From assembly GCA_000004695.1 (NCBI GenBank), contig CM000155.2, positions 544,001 to 608,000 of the forward strand: a DNA stretch of 64,000 nt, read 5' to 3'. The translations under genes were made by a program, and so were the position numbers. The notes under the pieces are model-generated. The model was not told the origin of the DNA and made no database searches. It saw only the letters and a program-made list of their open reading frames with translations. The DNA is from Dictyostelium discoideum. Its lineage: Eukaryota. Below, one piece after another: positions 1-13,948 of the stretch (its first letter is position 1; every line of letters begins with the position of its first letter).

Positions 1-131
1 TTATTTAATAATTGACTCCATAATCCATTGGGTGTTAAATCACCTTTTAAATTTGGAAATCTAAAACCTATTCCGATTATTGCAACTTTATTACAATTTT
101 CATTACTTTGATATTTATTTTTATAATCCAT
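1..131 (-). CDS. Partial CDS (N-terminal roughly 43 codons) of a second type I polyketide synthase paralog. The ATG is at complement(129..131) and the gene continues leftward out of the window.
   Basis: The minus-strand translation is MDYKNKYQSNENCNKVAIIGIGFRFPNLKGDLTPNGLWSQLL. This is near-identical, including a 60-nt identical DNA stretch, to the N-terminal KS exon of the complete PKS at 9466-9580. Confidence 0.8.
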   Translation of the reverse strand, partial: MDYKNKYQSNENCNKVAIIGIGFRFPNLKGDLTPNGLWSQLLN

Positions 132-1414
132 TGTTTGTTAATTGTTTTACTTTGAATTTTTTTAAAAATTAAATTTTTTTGGTTTTACTTTACTTAAAAA
201 ACTATTATTATTTAAAGAAAAAAAAAAATTATTTATAGTTAAGATTTTTAATTATGAAAAAAAAATAAAAAATTAGAAAAAAATAAAAAAATAAAAACAA
301 ACTATTTTTTTAAACTTACCAACTAAATCTCAAATCTCCCAATTATACAAGTCCTATATATTTTTTGGAGATTACCATTTGAAAAATAAGGATGGCTTAT
401 TTCGGAGTTTCGGGAAATAATAATAAAGTCAAAAAAAACCATAGGCTTTTTTATGACACCAAAAAAAAAACTAGTAAATAAATAAAAAAAAGGAGAATTT
501 TTGAAAAAAAAAAAACGTGTTTAATTGTTTTTTTAATAGGAAAACCAAAAGGATAGGAATGACCAATCATTTCTTAAAAAAAAATAATAATTATAATATA
601 ATATAAATTTTTTTATCGCTTTCTTCCCACATTATAATGCCTTTGATTTTCAAACCCTAATTTATTTTTAGTAATTGATTTTTATTACTTTAAAAATATA
701 ATAATAAAATAACCAATTAAAAAATTAGGGATGCAAATCAAAGGCATTATGTTATTGGTTATTTTATTATTATATTTTTAAAGTAATAAAAATCAATTAA
801 TAATTATTTTTATTATTCATTTTATTTTTTATTTTATTTTATTTTTTTATTTTATTTTATTTTTTATTTTATTTTATTTTTTTATTTTTTTATTTTTTTA
901 TTTTTTATTTTATTTTTTTTTTTATTTTTCCTCAAATAATGTTCGATTTTATATTAATATACCCACACCCCCCTATAAAAAAAATAAAAAATAAAAAATC
1001 AGGAAATTGGAAAAAAGGGTTGAACCACTAAAAAAAAAAAAGGGATTTTTTTAAAGAAAAAGAGATTAAGATGTATTATAAAAAAATATATTAGGCAATA
1101 AATAAAAAAAAAATATTATTTCTTTTTTTAAAAAACCATTCAAACTTTACCTTTTTATTTCAAAACAAAAGATTTAATTTTTTTATTTTAAATATTAATT
1201 TATTATAAAAAATATAACACTGAAAAATACACAAAATGATATTAAATATATAAAAAATAAATGTAACCATTCAGTTTTTTTTTTTTTTTTTTTTTTTAAC
1301 CAAAAATTCATTTGTGATTTTTTTTTTATTTTGAAGAACAACGAGAAGGAAATATTTTAATTAAAAATAGATATTAAAAAAAAGACCAAAAAAAAAATGA
1401 TTTGATTGAATTGA

Positions 1415-1453
<39 letters not shown>

Positions 1454-1873
1454 TAGTAATATCACTGGAAAAAAAAACCTAGTAAAATGTTAAAATATAA
1501 TTAAATTAAATTTTTATAAAAGTTTGTAATGCTATTATATAAATTAATAAAAATTATTACAAAATAAGATTAATAATAACAAAATCAATAAATTTTTTAT
1601 TATTTAACGACAAATTAATATTCATTAATAATATTAGATTTTATCAATTTTTAATTTATTAAAATATATTTTTATTATGGCCAGATTCTTTTTTATTATT
1701 TTATGATAATTTAATAATAAAGTGTGATTAATTATTAATTTGAAATTGATATTAGTTTGTTAAAATTTTTATTAAATCATAATATCGTTTCTTAAAATAT
1801 GAGTTTTTGCAGTAGTTTAATTTCTCACAAAATAGTAAAATTTCTTAGATTTTATTCTCTGGTGATGTTTTTT

Positions 1874-4800
1874 TTATTTTTTATTTTTATCCATAGAATT
1901 TTTAACAAGTTGAATAAATGAATTGATCGTACTATTTTGGATTTTTTGAATTGTTAATTCATTTGGAATTGAAAATTCTTTATCTACCCAATTCTTTAAT
2001 TGAATGATAACTAAAGAATCAATCCCATAATCAACTAAAATGATATCTTTATTAAGTTTTAAAATATCAGTTGATAATATCTCTGAAATTTTAAATGTTA
2101 TTAATTGGTCAACAGTTAATTCAACATTGTCATCTTTTAATAATGATTTTGATTTTTCATTTTCTTCATTTATATTAATTTGGTAATCAAATTTAGATAT
2201 TAATGATTTTTGAGGTAATCCATTCAACGAGGTGAAATTGAAATTTGATAAAATTAAATTTGATGATTGTGCTTGATTTTGTAATTGTAAATCCAATGTA
2301 CCTAAAATTAAATTTGCTGATATTGGTATAAACCCTTCACCACTTAATAATGCTGCAACACTTTCATTTCTTGAAACGAAACCTGTGGATTCAATTAAAC
2401 CATAATTTGTACAAATTGTTGGTAAACCAATTGAAATTCTATATTTTGATAATGCATCTAAAACATTATTAGATGAGATGTAACCGCATTGATTTGCTGT
2501 ACTTGTTTTACTTGAAACACTTGATGACATTATAAAATTTTTTAATTTCCAATTTCTTTTAATTGATTGATTATGTAAATTAATTGCACCCATTGATTTT
2601 GCACTATGAGATTGTGTTAAATGATGTAAATCAACTTCATCAGAATTACAAGTGGCTTGAGTGTATGCGAAATGGAATATTGAATCGATATTATTAATAT
2701 CTGGATTTTCAATTAATAATTTATTAATTGATTCATCAATTAATCCAGAATCACTAATATCGACACTCTTGAAATGAAATTTAATATTATTGAAAAAATT
2801 ACCAAGCTTATTAATTAATTTTACCTTGTTTATTAAATACTCCATTTCCCATTTAATTGATGATTTTGATAAAATGATTATATTGCCAATTGAATTATTT
2901 TCAGAATTTCTTAATATCCATTTTAAAATTTCTAAAACTATACCTGATTGACCTGTTAATAATATGTTTCTACCTAATAATGATGGTTCAAGTTTATAAT
3001 TTTGTTTAAAAATTGATTGATCAAATTTATTAATTGATTTTTGTTTTTCAATTAATTCATTTATAATTGAATCTTGATTTTCATGATTTATAATGATTTT
3101 ACCCATATGAACTCTTTCATTTATAAATTCAATTGATTCTTTAACTTTTTCAATTGAATAATGTGTAATTGGAATTAATTGTAAATCATTCGATGAAACT
3201 GCATTTGAAATTATTGATAAAGTTGATTTTATAATTTTCTTATCAACATATTGTAATTCAATATTATGATAACCATAATTATATTTAAATTTCTTATTAT
3301 CAGTAAATTCATTTGAATTTAAATGAGTAATTGATAAATCAACAATTCTACCACTCATATTTAAACATTTGAAATTTGAATCCATATAATCACTTGATGA
3401 TAATGTATTCAATATAAAGTCAACACCACTTTTACCAAATGGATTTAATTTACTAATTTTTGATTTAATTTGTTTAACGAAATTTTTATTTCTTGTTGAA
3501 TATATACCTGAAATCATATCACCATAATTTTCTCTTAAATACTCTTCTTTTTCATTTGAACCAACAGTTACAAAAATTAAACCAGAATGGCCTTTCCATT
3601 TTAATATTTCTAAAGTTGATAAACCAACACCACCAGTTGCAGAATGAATTAATATTGTTTCATTATTTTTTAATGCACCAATATTATAAAGTGAATGATA
3701 TGAAGTTAAATAAACAACTGGAATTGATGATGCTTCTGAATGAGATATGTTTGATGGTTTATGACTTATTACATCGATATCTGTAATAATATGAGATGAT
3801 GTTGTACTTTTACCAATACCGTAAACGTGATCACCAACTTTAAATTCTTTACTACCTGTACTAATTCTTGTAATAATACCAGAAAACTCTATACCGAAAA
3901 TTGGTTCAACACTCTCTACTAAACCTGCATATATTAAATAATCTTTATAATTTAAACCTGTTGACATTACTTTAATTTCAACTTCATTTTCTTTTAATAT
4001 TGATGTTGGTTTTACTTTTACTTTATATTCTAAATTTGGTGTTAATGATATCATAAAGTTATCAACTTGTTCTAATGATTCAAATGAACTTGAGTTCTTG
4101 AAAATTGATTTTAATTTTGTTTCATTTTTAATTCTTTCATAATAAACCTTATGATTATTAATTATAAACTCTCTTTGTATATTAATTGATGAATTAATTA
4201 ATGGTTCAATTGTTTTAAATAAATTTTGATTTTCAATAATTGATGGGGTATCGAAATTTAATATAAACAACTCTAAAGGACATTCATGATAATATCTTGC
4301 AGCACCAATTAATGAAGAACTTAAATAATTGGTTGTTGTCGAATCATTTGTAATTAAAACATGCTTACATTTACAATTCAATTCCATTAATTTTTGATTG
4401 ATTTGAGTATATTCATGTGTAATGTTTACGAAATTATCAACAGATAATTCATCAATTGATTTAATGAAGTAAATAATTGATTCATTTGAAATATATTTTC
4501 CAATTTTATTTAACTCTTCAATTGTTGATATAAATTGTAAATTACCATTATCAATTGATTTTATAAAATGATTTGATAAATTTGAAGCATATTTATTACC
4601 AAAAACAATAATACTATCATAATTTGTGGTTTCAGATTTTGAAAATGAAAGATTTGAAATTGATGGTTTTTGAGCTTGAATTACAAAACATGTTAATTCT
4701 GGTGTCATTCTAATATCATCATTAAAATTTACTGATTTTAATAACTTATACCAAGTTTTTTGTTTCATACAACATCTATCTTTTCTAATTTCAGTATCTT

Positions 4801-7800
4801 GGAAAGACCACCATTGATCAAAAACACCAAAAATACCATCACCTATAATTGATTTATAAATTGGTTCGATGAATAATAAATGACCATTTGGTACTAATAA
4901 TTGATAAATTTGTTCAACACCATATTTAACATCTTTAATGACATGTAATACATTAAACATAATTATATAATCAAAGTATTGTGGTTTTAATCCTTGTTTT
5001 TCACCAATCAATGGTTGTTCTAAATTTAATGCTTTATAAATAATATTAAATCTATCATTAAACTTTTCAAATTTAGCTTTTGCTTCGGTAATAAAAGATG
5101 GTGATATATCTGACCATGTATATTCAATATCAATTTGATAATTTGGATATTGAATTAATAATGAATTGATTTTTTCAAGTACTAATAACGATAATGATCC
5201 AACACCACCTCCAAATTCTAATATTCTAAATACTAATTTTTCATTTAATATTGGTTTGATGGATTCTTGAATGATTTCACCCACCAATTCATTTTGAGCA
5301 GAAAAACCACTTGAATAGAATTTATCTAATAACCCACCTTCGAATAATGATTGTGGTGAATCTTCATCATTATCATTTTCTAATGGGAATAATAACTTTG
5401 AAATTATCTTTGTTGACTTTGAGAATATCTTAAAATTATGAGGACTTAAAACATTTTCAAAATCATAATCTTCATTATGGTACCATTGTTTTATTGATTC
5501 AAATGCAAATGTAAATAATCTTGAAAGCCATTTATTATCATTATCTTCTTTAATTTTATAATATTTTAATAATAATTGTTCAATTTCACTTGATTGAATT
5601 TCATCAATTGTAATTTCTGGACATCTTTTATTGATATTTGAAAATAATAATTTTGGAATAAATGATTCATAGATATTAATTTGATCAACATATTCATTAG
5701 GTATTTTTCTTTTGAAAATATGATCAAATGATGATAGTGATGGAATTAATGAATCTTTTGATTGTAAATTACATGAATAAATTTCATTTGTTGGATATTC
5801 CATTGCCAATGGATCTTTAATTTTTGTAGTTGATTTAAATGATGCATTTTCCATTTCAAATAAAACAGTACCATTTTCTAACATTACAATAATTGATGCA
5901 GAATATGAATCACCAATTCTTGGTTTTAATTTTGAATAAACATATATTTTAGAATGTTGACTTGTTGTCTTTGGAACCTTTGATGAATAGTATGTTAATT
6001 CTTCAAGTTTTTCAAATACCAATTGACAATTCTCATCAATTAAACCAATTGAACCATGTAAACAACAATCAATAATTGATGAATCAAAAAAGGTTGATCT
6101 ATTTTCATTAACACCTTGAATAATTGATATTTCAGATAATGAACAATTGTAACCTAAATAACATTTATCAACTCTTTGGAAATCACCAGAATAATTTAAA
6201 CCACATTTTGTTTTAATATGAGAATATAATTCTTGTTTTGATAATTTTGTAAGGTTACATTGATTTGAAATTAAATCATTTATATTATACATAAATAAGG
6301 ATTGTTCGTCATCTTCGTTTAAATTAGGACCTCTTGAAAATAATTGGAAATTTGCAGTTGATGTTTGTACCCAATCGCTTGATGATTTTTCATCTTTAAA
6401 ATGGAATAATGCTTTATATTCTTTTTTACCAGTTGAGTGAATGTTGGTTTGTAAACATTGACTGATTCCATCCATAAAAATTAATGGAGTTTTAAATTCA
6501 ATAAAACTAATCAATATATCTGGTAACTCTTTATTTGGGTTTGTATCAGTTTTTGATTCACCAAATATTTTTAAAATGTTGTCAATGTAACCACAACCTG
6601 GGAAATAATACTTTCCTTTAATTTGATGTCCTTTTAACCATTGGAATGGTTTCTTTTGAATATTAATATGAGTTTGATATGATTTAATTGGTGTATGATT
6701 TGAATTTGAAATACCAAGATGATTGATTGATGGACCATTTGAAAGATGATATTGGTGAAGATTATCAAGTTTCCAATATTCCTGATCTTCCCATTGATAT
6801 AATGGCAAATTTACCCTAGTTTGATTATTGGTATTATTATGATCAGATAATTGAATATTAAATCCGATACCATTATAACCTAAACAATATAATTCTGAAA
6901 TTAATTTTTGAATTTCAAATAAATCATTTGATTTCTTTTTTGAAAGTGGTGAAAAGATTGAAACTGATTGTTTTTTATCCTCTGGTACCATTTGTTTTAA
7001 ATAAAATGATAAAGTTGGATGTGGTGCAATTTCAATAAATATAACTTCATTACTATTATTATTAACTGAATAATTTAATTCAATATGTTTATAAATATTT
7101 GAAATTGTATTTGTAAATCTTACAGGATTAATGATATTATCATAAACATATTTGGTATCAAATGGATTCATTTCATCATATAAATTTGTTGTAACTGTTG
7201 AGAAAATTGGAATAGTTGGTTGTTTTGATTTGAATGAAATTTTTAAAATTTCATCTTTTACTGATAATTGACTTGAGGTATGGAATGAAGTTGGAGAACC
7301 TAATATTGCACAAAATACACCATCTTTTTTTAATTCTTTAATAATTTCATTCAAGATTAATTCTTTACCAGCAATAACAATTGATGATGGTGAATTGTAA
7401 CATGCAATTTCTAATTCTGGATATCTTGAAGAGTATTTTGAATTATATTCATTCTCGCCAATTGAAATTGATAACATTCTACCGAGACCATTTGTTTTTG
7501 ATTGTACCATTGATCTGTGATAAATTAAATAACAAAAAGTATCTAAATCAATCATACCAGAACAATATGATGATGAAATTTCACCTAAACTATGACCGAC
7601 GATAATTGATGGTTTAATACCCCAATGACAGTATAATTCAAATAATGAAATTTGTACCATACAAGTTGATGGTTGTGCAATTATTGAATATTGAATACCT
7701 TTTAAATCATTTTCATTAAATGATCTTAATTTTTCTAAAATTGAAAATCCATAATATTCATTTAATTTTGAATCAATTTTGTCCATTGATTTTTTGAAAA

Positions 7801-9580
7801 TTGGTTCATTATCATATAAATTCTTTGCCATTGTTGAATATTGAGCTCCTTGACCACAGAATACAAATACCATTGTTACATTCTTTTTATTTGATGATAC
7901 TAACATATTTGATGTTAATTTATCATTTGATGTATTGATAGTATTTGATTTTAAATTAAACTCATCCCAATTACTTGCAATTACAACTGAACGTTGAATT
8001 AATTTTTTAGATTTTGATTTTATTTGATTTTCTGCAAATTCTTTAAATTCAACATTATTATCAATTCTTGATTTATATAAATCTAATGATTTAATTGAAT
8101 TTGTTGAAAATGGGATTAAATATTGTTTTGGTGATTTTGATTTATTATTAATATTATTTCTAATTTGATTTCCTTTGAAACTTGATACAATTAAACAACA
8201 ATTTGAACCAGTGACACCGAAATTATTAATTGCAATTGAAACTCGTTTATTTATATAATTTAAAGTTGAAAAATCAATTGGGTCTGTTACAACCTTTAAA
8301 TTCCATTGATCAAATTTAATAAGTGGATTTGGTTTATTAAAATTTAAATTTGGAACAAAACATTGATTTTTTAAAATTAAACAACATTTAATTAATGATG
8401 ATATACCGGATGCAGATTCAGTGTGACCGATATTTGGTTTAAATGAACCAATTAATAATGGATTATCAGATGACCGATTTTCACTGGTTTTCAAAGCTAT
8501 TGAAACACTTTCCAATTCAATTGGATCACCAGTTGGTGTACCAGTGCCATGAGCTTCAAAATAAACGATATCATTTTCATTGACCTGTCCATTTGTTGAC
8601 TCCAGTGCCAAACGAATACATTCAACTTGTGATGATTTTGAAGGTGAATAAAAATTTGATTTATCTGAAAATCCATTACCATCGACATTTGATGCTGAAC
8701 CATCAATTACACAATAAATATTGTTATCATCTTTGATTGCATCATTTAAATTCTTCAAAATTGCAATACCTGCTGCATCAGATCTAACATAACCATCTGC
8801 ACCAGCATCAAACGATTTACACTTCCCATCTTTACTTAAAATATTTAAACGTGAATATGATTTTGATATATTTGGATCTATTAAAAAAAAAAAAAAAATA
8901 TTAATATTTTTAACTAATTTTTAATATTAAAATTATATATTATATATTTATATACCTAATAAAATATTAATACCACCAACAACAGAAATATTACTTGAAC
9001 CATCAATAATTGATTTATAACCTCTTCTGATTGCATTTGATGATGATGAGCATGCAGTATCAATTGTCATTGACTCACCATGTAAATCAAAACAATAAGA
9101 TACACGATTTGATATTGAATGTGTTGATGAAGAGAATATTTCTTGTTGAACTTTATTATCGTTTTTATTTAAATTTTGATAATCAGCACCACTACAACCA
9201 ATGAAAACTGAAGTATTGGAACCACGAATTTCAATTGGATCAATTCCAGAATCTTCCAATGCTTCCCAAGTACACTTTAATAATAATCTTTGTTGTGGGC
9301 ACATGTGAATACCTTCAGATGGATTAATTCCAAAAAATAATGGATCAAATGATTTCAATTCTTCAAATGGTATAAATCCAGCATAATTTGTTGAAATATC
9401 ACCTGATTTAAAAAAACTTTCATTCCATCTATCATTTTTAACAATTCCATCATACCTATTCAATAATTTACTCCATAGTTCATTTGGTGTTATATCACCT
9501 TTTAAATTTGGAAATCTAAAACCTATTCCGATAATTGCAACTTTATTACAATTTTCATCCACTAGATTTTTAGAATCCAT
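1874..9580 (-). CDS. Type I iterative highly reducing polyketide synthase. Structure is complement(join(1874..8877,8956..9580)), about 2542 aa, with a 78-nt phase-1 intron at 8878..8955 (GTATAT...AATAG).
   Basis: The ORF track gives a 2294-aa ORF plus a 210-aa upstream ORF. These join by a canonical GT...AG intron that restores the KS motif (...KCKSFDAGADGYVRSD...). Visible motifs are the AT GHSLGE, the DH HxxxGxxxxP (GHQIKGKYYFPG), the C-methyltransferase LEFGGGVGSLS, the ER HSATGGVGLST, the KR LLTGQSGIVLE and the ACP GIDSL. There is no C-terminal chalcone-synthase or TE domain. Confidence 0.9.
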
Positions 9581-12338
9581 TTTTCAATTATTTAAAATTT
9601 AAAAAAAAAAATTGATAAAAATTAGATAATTTATCCAAATTTTAAAAATAGATAAAAATAGGTAATTTTTTTTTTTTTTTTTAAATTTTAAATAATTAAT
9701 TAAAATTTTTAATTTTTAATTTTTTGGACATTTTTATTATTTTATTAATTAAATTAAAAGAAAAAAGGTTACATTACACTTTTTCTTGTGGTTAAAATTA
9801 TTAAGATCGAAATTAAAAAAAATTATTTGTTTTTTTTTTTTTTAAACTGTTAAAAAAAATAATTTAAATGTAGGTTTGGAAGGTTAGCCCATTTTTATTA
9901 CTTGCAACTAAAATTAAAATAAATATATTCAAAATAATAAAAAATAAATTCAAAATAAAAAAGTAAAAAAACAATTTGTTTTTTTTTTTTTTTTTTATTT
10001 TTTTTTTTTTTTTTGAGATCCAAACAAGATTTATTAAAAATTAAAAAAAAAAAAAAAAAAAAAAAATTATTAATAATTACCCCATCCAAAATAATAAAAT
10101 TTCAGCATATTAAATTATACCATTATAATTACATAAGTTTTTTTTTTTTTTTTTTTTTTAAATATATAAAAAATAGCCAGGCGATTAATTTTCTTTTTTT
10201 AATATTATTCGTAAATTTTTAAGTTATAATTTGAAAAAGTTATAATTTTAATAACAATAATATAAATGCAAATTTTATACATATATGGTTATTTTTTTTT
10301 TAATTTTAACGTGTGTACATTTATGTGTGGGTGTTTTTTTTATCTTCAAAGAATATAATAAAATTTACATAAAAAAAATAATTTTAAAATAAAACAAAAA
10401 TTGTAATGGTGAAGTTGATTTAGTTTATGATACTACTGGTATTTTGTTTAAATTATTTATTAAATTATTAAAATGGAATATTTTTTTTTGTTTGTGGTAA
10501 TTATTTTTATTGTTGGTTGTGGGTTACAATTTCCATTTTTTTTTTTTTATTTTTATTTTTTTTTTATTTTTATTTTTTTTTTTTCTGATTTAAATTCCAT
10601 TAATTTATAAAAATGAATTCAATACCAACACTGTTCTTATAATAGGTTTTTCTATTTTTTTTGGTATTTTTTTTTCTTCACTAACCACAATAACATTATT
10701 ATAATTTTTTAATAGAGGTAGCTTGATTTAATATTAGTACACACTACCACACACAATTTAATTCACTGACTTAATTATTTTAAATCTTTTACCAAATTTA
10801 TATAATATCTATAGTTTATTTAAAAGGTGTACCATTATTGGAAAAACAATTGTTTTTTTAATTATAATTATTATTATTATTATTATTATTATTTTTTTTT
10901 TTTTTTTTTTTTCATTTTATATTAACACCTCAAATAACAATAACAACAACACACATGTTCTAAATCTCTGAGTTTGGAATACAAATGCACATTCATATTA
11001 TTCCAAACATACACATAAATGTAACACCTCACAAGATAATTTAATTTGGTATTCAGAAAAAAAATTCACCTTCTATGTATAGTTTGGGGGTGCAATTATT
11101 GTAATATTATTAATAGAGTGAGTGGGAGAAAGGGTGTGTGAGTGTGTGTGAACGGGGTGAAAAAAACAATATTTTAGTTTTTCTAATTTTTTTTTTTTAT
11201 TTATTTCCATTTTTATATATGTTTTGTTTTATTTTTTTTTATTTTCTTTTTTTCATTTTTACTAATTACGGTTAATGTGCACAATATATTTGATAAATCA
11301 AAATAAAAATAAATAGGATACCAAATGTATGTTATTAGTACTATTTATCCACAATGATTTTTTTTATTTTTTTTTTGTTTTTTTTTTTTTTGCTAATTTT
11401 AAAATTAAAAAGAAAAACAAAAAACCAACAATAAAACAAAAATACCCTTTTTTTTGATCAAAACTACATCTAATATGTAAATTTTTTTAATATTATAAAT
11501 ATTAATATTATTATTTTTTTTTTAAAATAAAAAAATAAAATAAAAAAAAAAAAAAAAAAAAAAAAAGAAAAAAGCAACTTATTTAAATAACAAATTAATT
11601 TCTTATTTTCAATAACACACAATTGTCTTTTGAAAATTATAATAATTATATAATTATTAATAAAAAAATTAAATGGAAATTACATATATTTTATCTAAAT
11701 GTATGTTTTCTTTAAAATATTATTTGTGGATTAAAAAATAAAAAATAAAAAATAGTGATTGTATTTTTTTATATAAATTTAAAATAATTATTTTATATTC
11801 ATAAAAAAAAAAAAAAAAAAAAAAAAAATGGTATCAAATTATAATTATTTGAATTTTAAACTAATCAATTAAAAATAAAATATAAAAAATAAAATATAAA
11901 AAATAAAATTTTATTATTATTAGACTTTGGTTCAAGTAGATCAAATATCTATCAATCAAATAGCCAACAAAGTTTAACAATTCAAAATTCAAATGTTGCC
12001 TCTAAAAAATTAAATGTTTATGAATTTATACCTTATTATTAAAAAAAATAAAAAATAATCAAAAAAAAGAAATAAAAAAAATAAAAAAATAAAAAATAAT
12101 AATAATAATAATTAATAATAATAATAATCCATAAAAAAAAAAAAAAAAAAAAAAAAGAATAAAATTAGTGCCGATTCTAATAAACAAACTAAAATATATA
12201 TATTATATATTTAAAGTAATAAAATAAAAATAAAAAAAAAAAAAAAAACAAACAAACTTTTTATTATTTTATATTTTTTTATTTTTTTATTTTTTTTATT
12301 TTTTTTATTTTTTTTATTTTTTTATTTATTTTATTATT

Positions 12339-13876
12339 TTATTCTTCACTATTTGAAGATTTAAAAATATTAAAACCATCAATTGAAGTTGAAATAGCAA
12401 CATGAGGAATTTGTGGATGCCAATGAACTTCTTTAATATCATGTTGACCTTGGTGAATAAAGAATAATTGTGGTGGATATTGGAAATCATCATCTGGATT
12501 AGCATTTGCATTTGTAAATTCTTCAGTATCCTCTTCCAAAGAGAAATCCCAAATTGTGACTTGATCATCACTTGAAGAGACGATAACTTGTGACTCTTCG
12601 TATGGGTTCCATTCGATGGAGGTGATAGGACCAGTGTGGTATTTAAAGTCAGAGACTGGTGAATTATCTTTGAAAGCACGTAAATCCCAAACTCTAAAAG
12701 AACCATCATCACAACCACTAACTAAAAGATACTCAACATTTCTACTCCAAGAGATAACATTAACATCGGCAGTGTGAGCCTTTACTGTGATTGCTGGTTT
12801 TGGTTTTCTAATATCCCAAATTCTAACAGTCTGATCGATAGAACAACTTGCAAATACCTTCTCTTCAGATGGTGACCATTGAATATCCTCAACTGACTCT
12901 GTGTGACCTTTAAATGCTTGTGTATCAGTCTTCCATGTTGACTCACTTGCATTGGTAACGAAAATACTATTATTACAATCACCTGTTGCTAAACGACCTG
13001 CAATCTTTGGTGACCAGTCCAATGCATACCCCTCAATCGAATGATTACTAATAGTATGTAATGGTGCTGTTTGTTTTGGTGCTACTGTCTCATTATCCAA
13101 TGCTTTCAAATGATTTGCAATATTCCAAATATAAACACTTCTATTATCTGACCATGTTGCAACAATATTTGATTGTTGATCCATTGACTATTATATTATT
13201 AAATAATATATATATATATATATATATATTAATAAACAATAATAAATTATAAATAATAAATAATAATATGACTTACTCTAATTCTATTTACAGCACCATT
13301 ATGGTTAATAAATGCAAGTTGTAATTCTGGGTCAACATCTTTATCTTCATCATCTTCATCATCAGACTCTTCATCGTCGTCAGAATCTTCGTCATCGTCA
13401 GAATCTTCATCGTCATGTTTTGTTTTATGTAATTGTTTTGCTTTCATAATGATAACTTTATTGTTTTTAGCCTCATCAGCTTGTGTACCTGCTACTAAAT
13501 ACATTGTGTGTGGGTATTTATTACGTTGAGCACCTAATTCATCTTTAATTGGGTGGAATGAAAGACATGGCCATTCAACAGACATTGAATGCATCATATC
13601 GTATGCTGTTGAATCGTAATCTAAGACCTCATCCTCTTCCAATGGGTCAACACCTGCTCTCCATACTTTTTTTGGTCCTTTATCTTCACCATCGTTATCA
13701 CCACCTTCTTCACCACCTTCTTCAATCTCTTCAAATGATTGTTCATCATCTTCGAATGATTCAACCTCATCATCGTTCTCAAAATCATCTTCACCATTTA
13801 CATCTACATTAGTTCCACCAACTTCATCTGATTCTCCAAATTCAATATCTCCAAAACTTCTTTTTTTACTTGACAT
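12339..13876 (-). CDS. grwd1: Glutamate-rich WD-repeat protein GRWD1/Rrb1 homolog. Structure is complement(join(12339..13187,13277..13876)), about 482 aa, with an 89-nt intron (GTAAGT...AATAG).
   Basis: Two minus-strand ORFs (209 aa acidic N-terminus plus 281 aa WD40) join in frame across GTAAGT...AG. The N-terminus is an acidic D/E tract followed by a ...WRAGVDPLEEDEVLDYDSTAYDMMHSMSVEWPCLSFHPIKDELGAQRNKYPHTMYLVAGTQA block that aligns to the GRWD1 family, then WD repeats. Confidence 0.8.
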
Positions 13877-13914
13877 TTTAAAATTTTATTTATATTGATT
13901 ATTGTTGGTTTGGG

Positions 13915-13948
<34 letters not shown>

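Noticed and set aside
3493-8706. Plus-strand ORFs of 69-97 aa inside the PKS gene (3493..3786, 7381..7605) and the minus ORF 8497..8706.
   Set aside because: They are antisense or out-of-frame within a long well-supported CDS. Their composition is His/Gln/Leu-rich and low-complexity, typical of chance ORFs opposite AT-rich coding DNA.
9898-10222. ORFs 9898..10089 (-) and 10013..10222 (+) encoding poly-K/poly-F.
   Set aside because: They are translations of A/T homopolymer runs in intergenic DNA and have no codon structure.
12326-13812. Alternative-frame and antisense ORFs overlapping GRWD1 (12326..12718, 12782..12982, 13061..13252, 13549..13812).
   Set aside because: They overlap a conserved WD40/acidic CDS. 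The His/Leu-rich antisense of the D/E tract is an artefact.
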